Position numbers and translations under genes: made by a program. Below the pieces are notes generated by a model. The model was not told where the DNA came from. It searched no databases and worked only from the letters and a program-made list of their open reading frames with translations. Shown piece after piece: positions 63,854 through 64,000 of a stretch of 64,000 nt of DNA (its first letter is position 1; each line of letters starts with the position of its first letter). Where the stretch lies: assembly GCA_024695415.1 (NCBI GenBank), contig JAILIE010000142.1, positions 4,847 to 68,846 on the forward strand, in the 5' to 3' direction. Source of the DNA: Clostridiales bacterium (lineage in GTDB: Bacteria > Bacillota > Clostridia > Christensenellales > Aristaeellaceae).

Positions 63854-64000
63854 TCATGAACGCCTGTTATTCTCTGTATAAATATCCTCCAAATCAACGC
63901 CCAGTGCCTCAGCGACAGCCACAGCATGCGCAAGAGGAACATCACCACAGCAGGCAATATACTCTCTCAGCTTTTTCACGGGGACCCCGCTTGCAATGGA
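63854..64000 (-). CDS. C-terminal part of a probable HTH (XRE-like) protein, 5' end outside the window
   Basis: Hand translation SIASGVPVKKLREYIACCGDVPLAHAVAVAEALGVDLEDIYTENNRRS*. Confidence 0.5.
   Translation of the reverse strand, partial: SIASGVPVKKLREYIACCGDVPLAHAVAVAEALGVDLEDIYTENNRRS

Overview
GC-rich bacterial chromosomal segment with Firmicutes-type Shine-Dalgarno sites and sigma-A promoters. Gene content suggests an anaerobic gut or rumen Clostridia lineage, possibly Christensenellales-like (inference only). No rRNA, tRNA, CRISPR array, transposase or phage gene was seen. From left to right: (1) partial threonine aldolase, a secreted hypothetical protein and a CapA-family phosphoesterase. 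(2) A c-di-GMP cluster of two cyclases, one sensor-EAL protein and a sensor-only paralogue, next to glgA. The 1371-aa ORF in the track is two genes fused by a 1-nt frameshift. (3) A ~25 kb pectin/galacturonate utilisation locus (12.5-37.7 kb): esterase, uxaB-uxaA-eda-kdgK-uxaC-GH28-kduI-kduD, an oligosaccharide ABC importer, GH105, AraC, CE8 and a GGDEF protein. (4) A mixed stress/detox region: SDR and ABC exporter behind MerR-type promoters, serine hydrolase, M3 peptidase, sirtuin, GNATs, nitroreductase, MMPL+GH18, uxuA, APH(3')-like kinase, an SMR-less MutS2 paralogue, OhrR-gpx, a CD3324-ParB/kinase/deaminase-GNAT cluster, and XRE-TPR+ABC. There are two best candidates for an undescribed system. 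One is the pectin ABC importer, with a non-lipidated giant binding protein, two ATPases and five interleaved uncharacterised membrane proteins. The other is the SMR-less MutS2 paralogue, preceded by a uORF/hairpin attenuator-like leader. All family calls come from motif recognition by eye; no searches were run.
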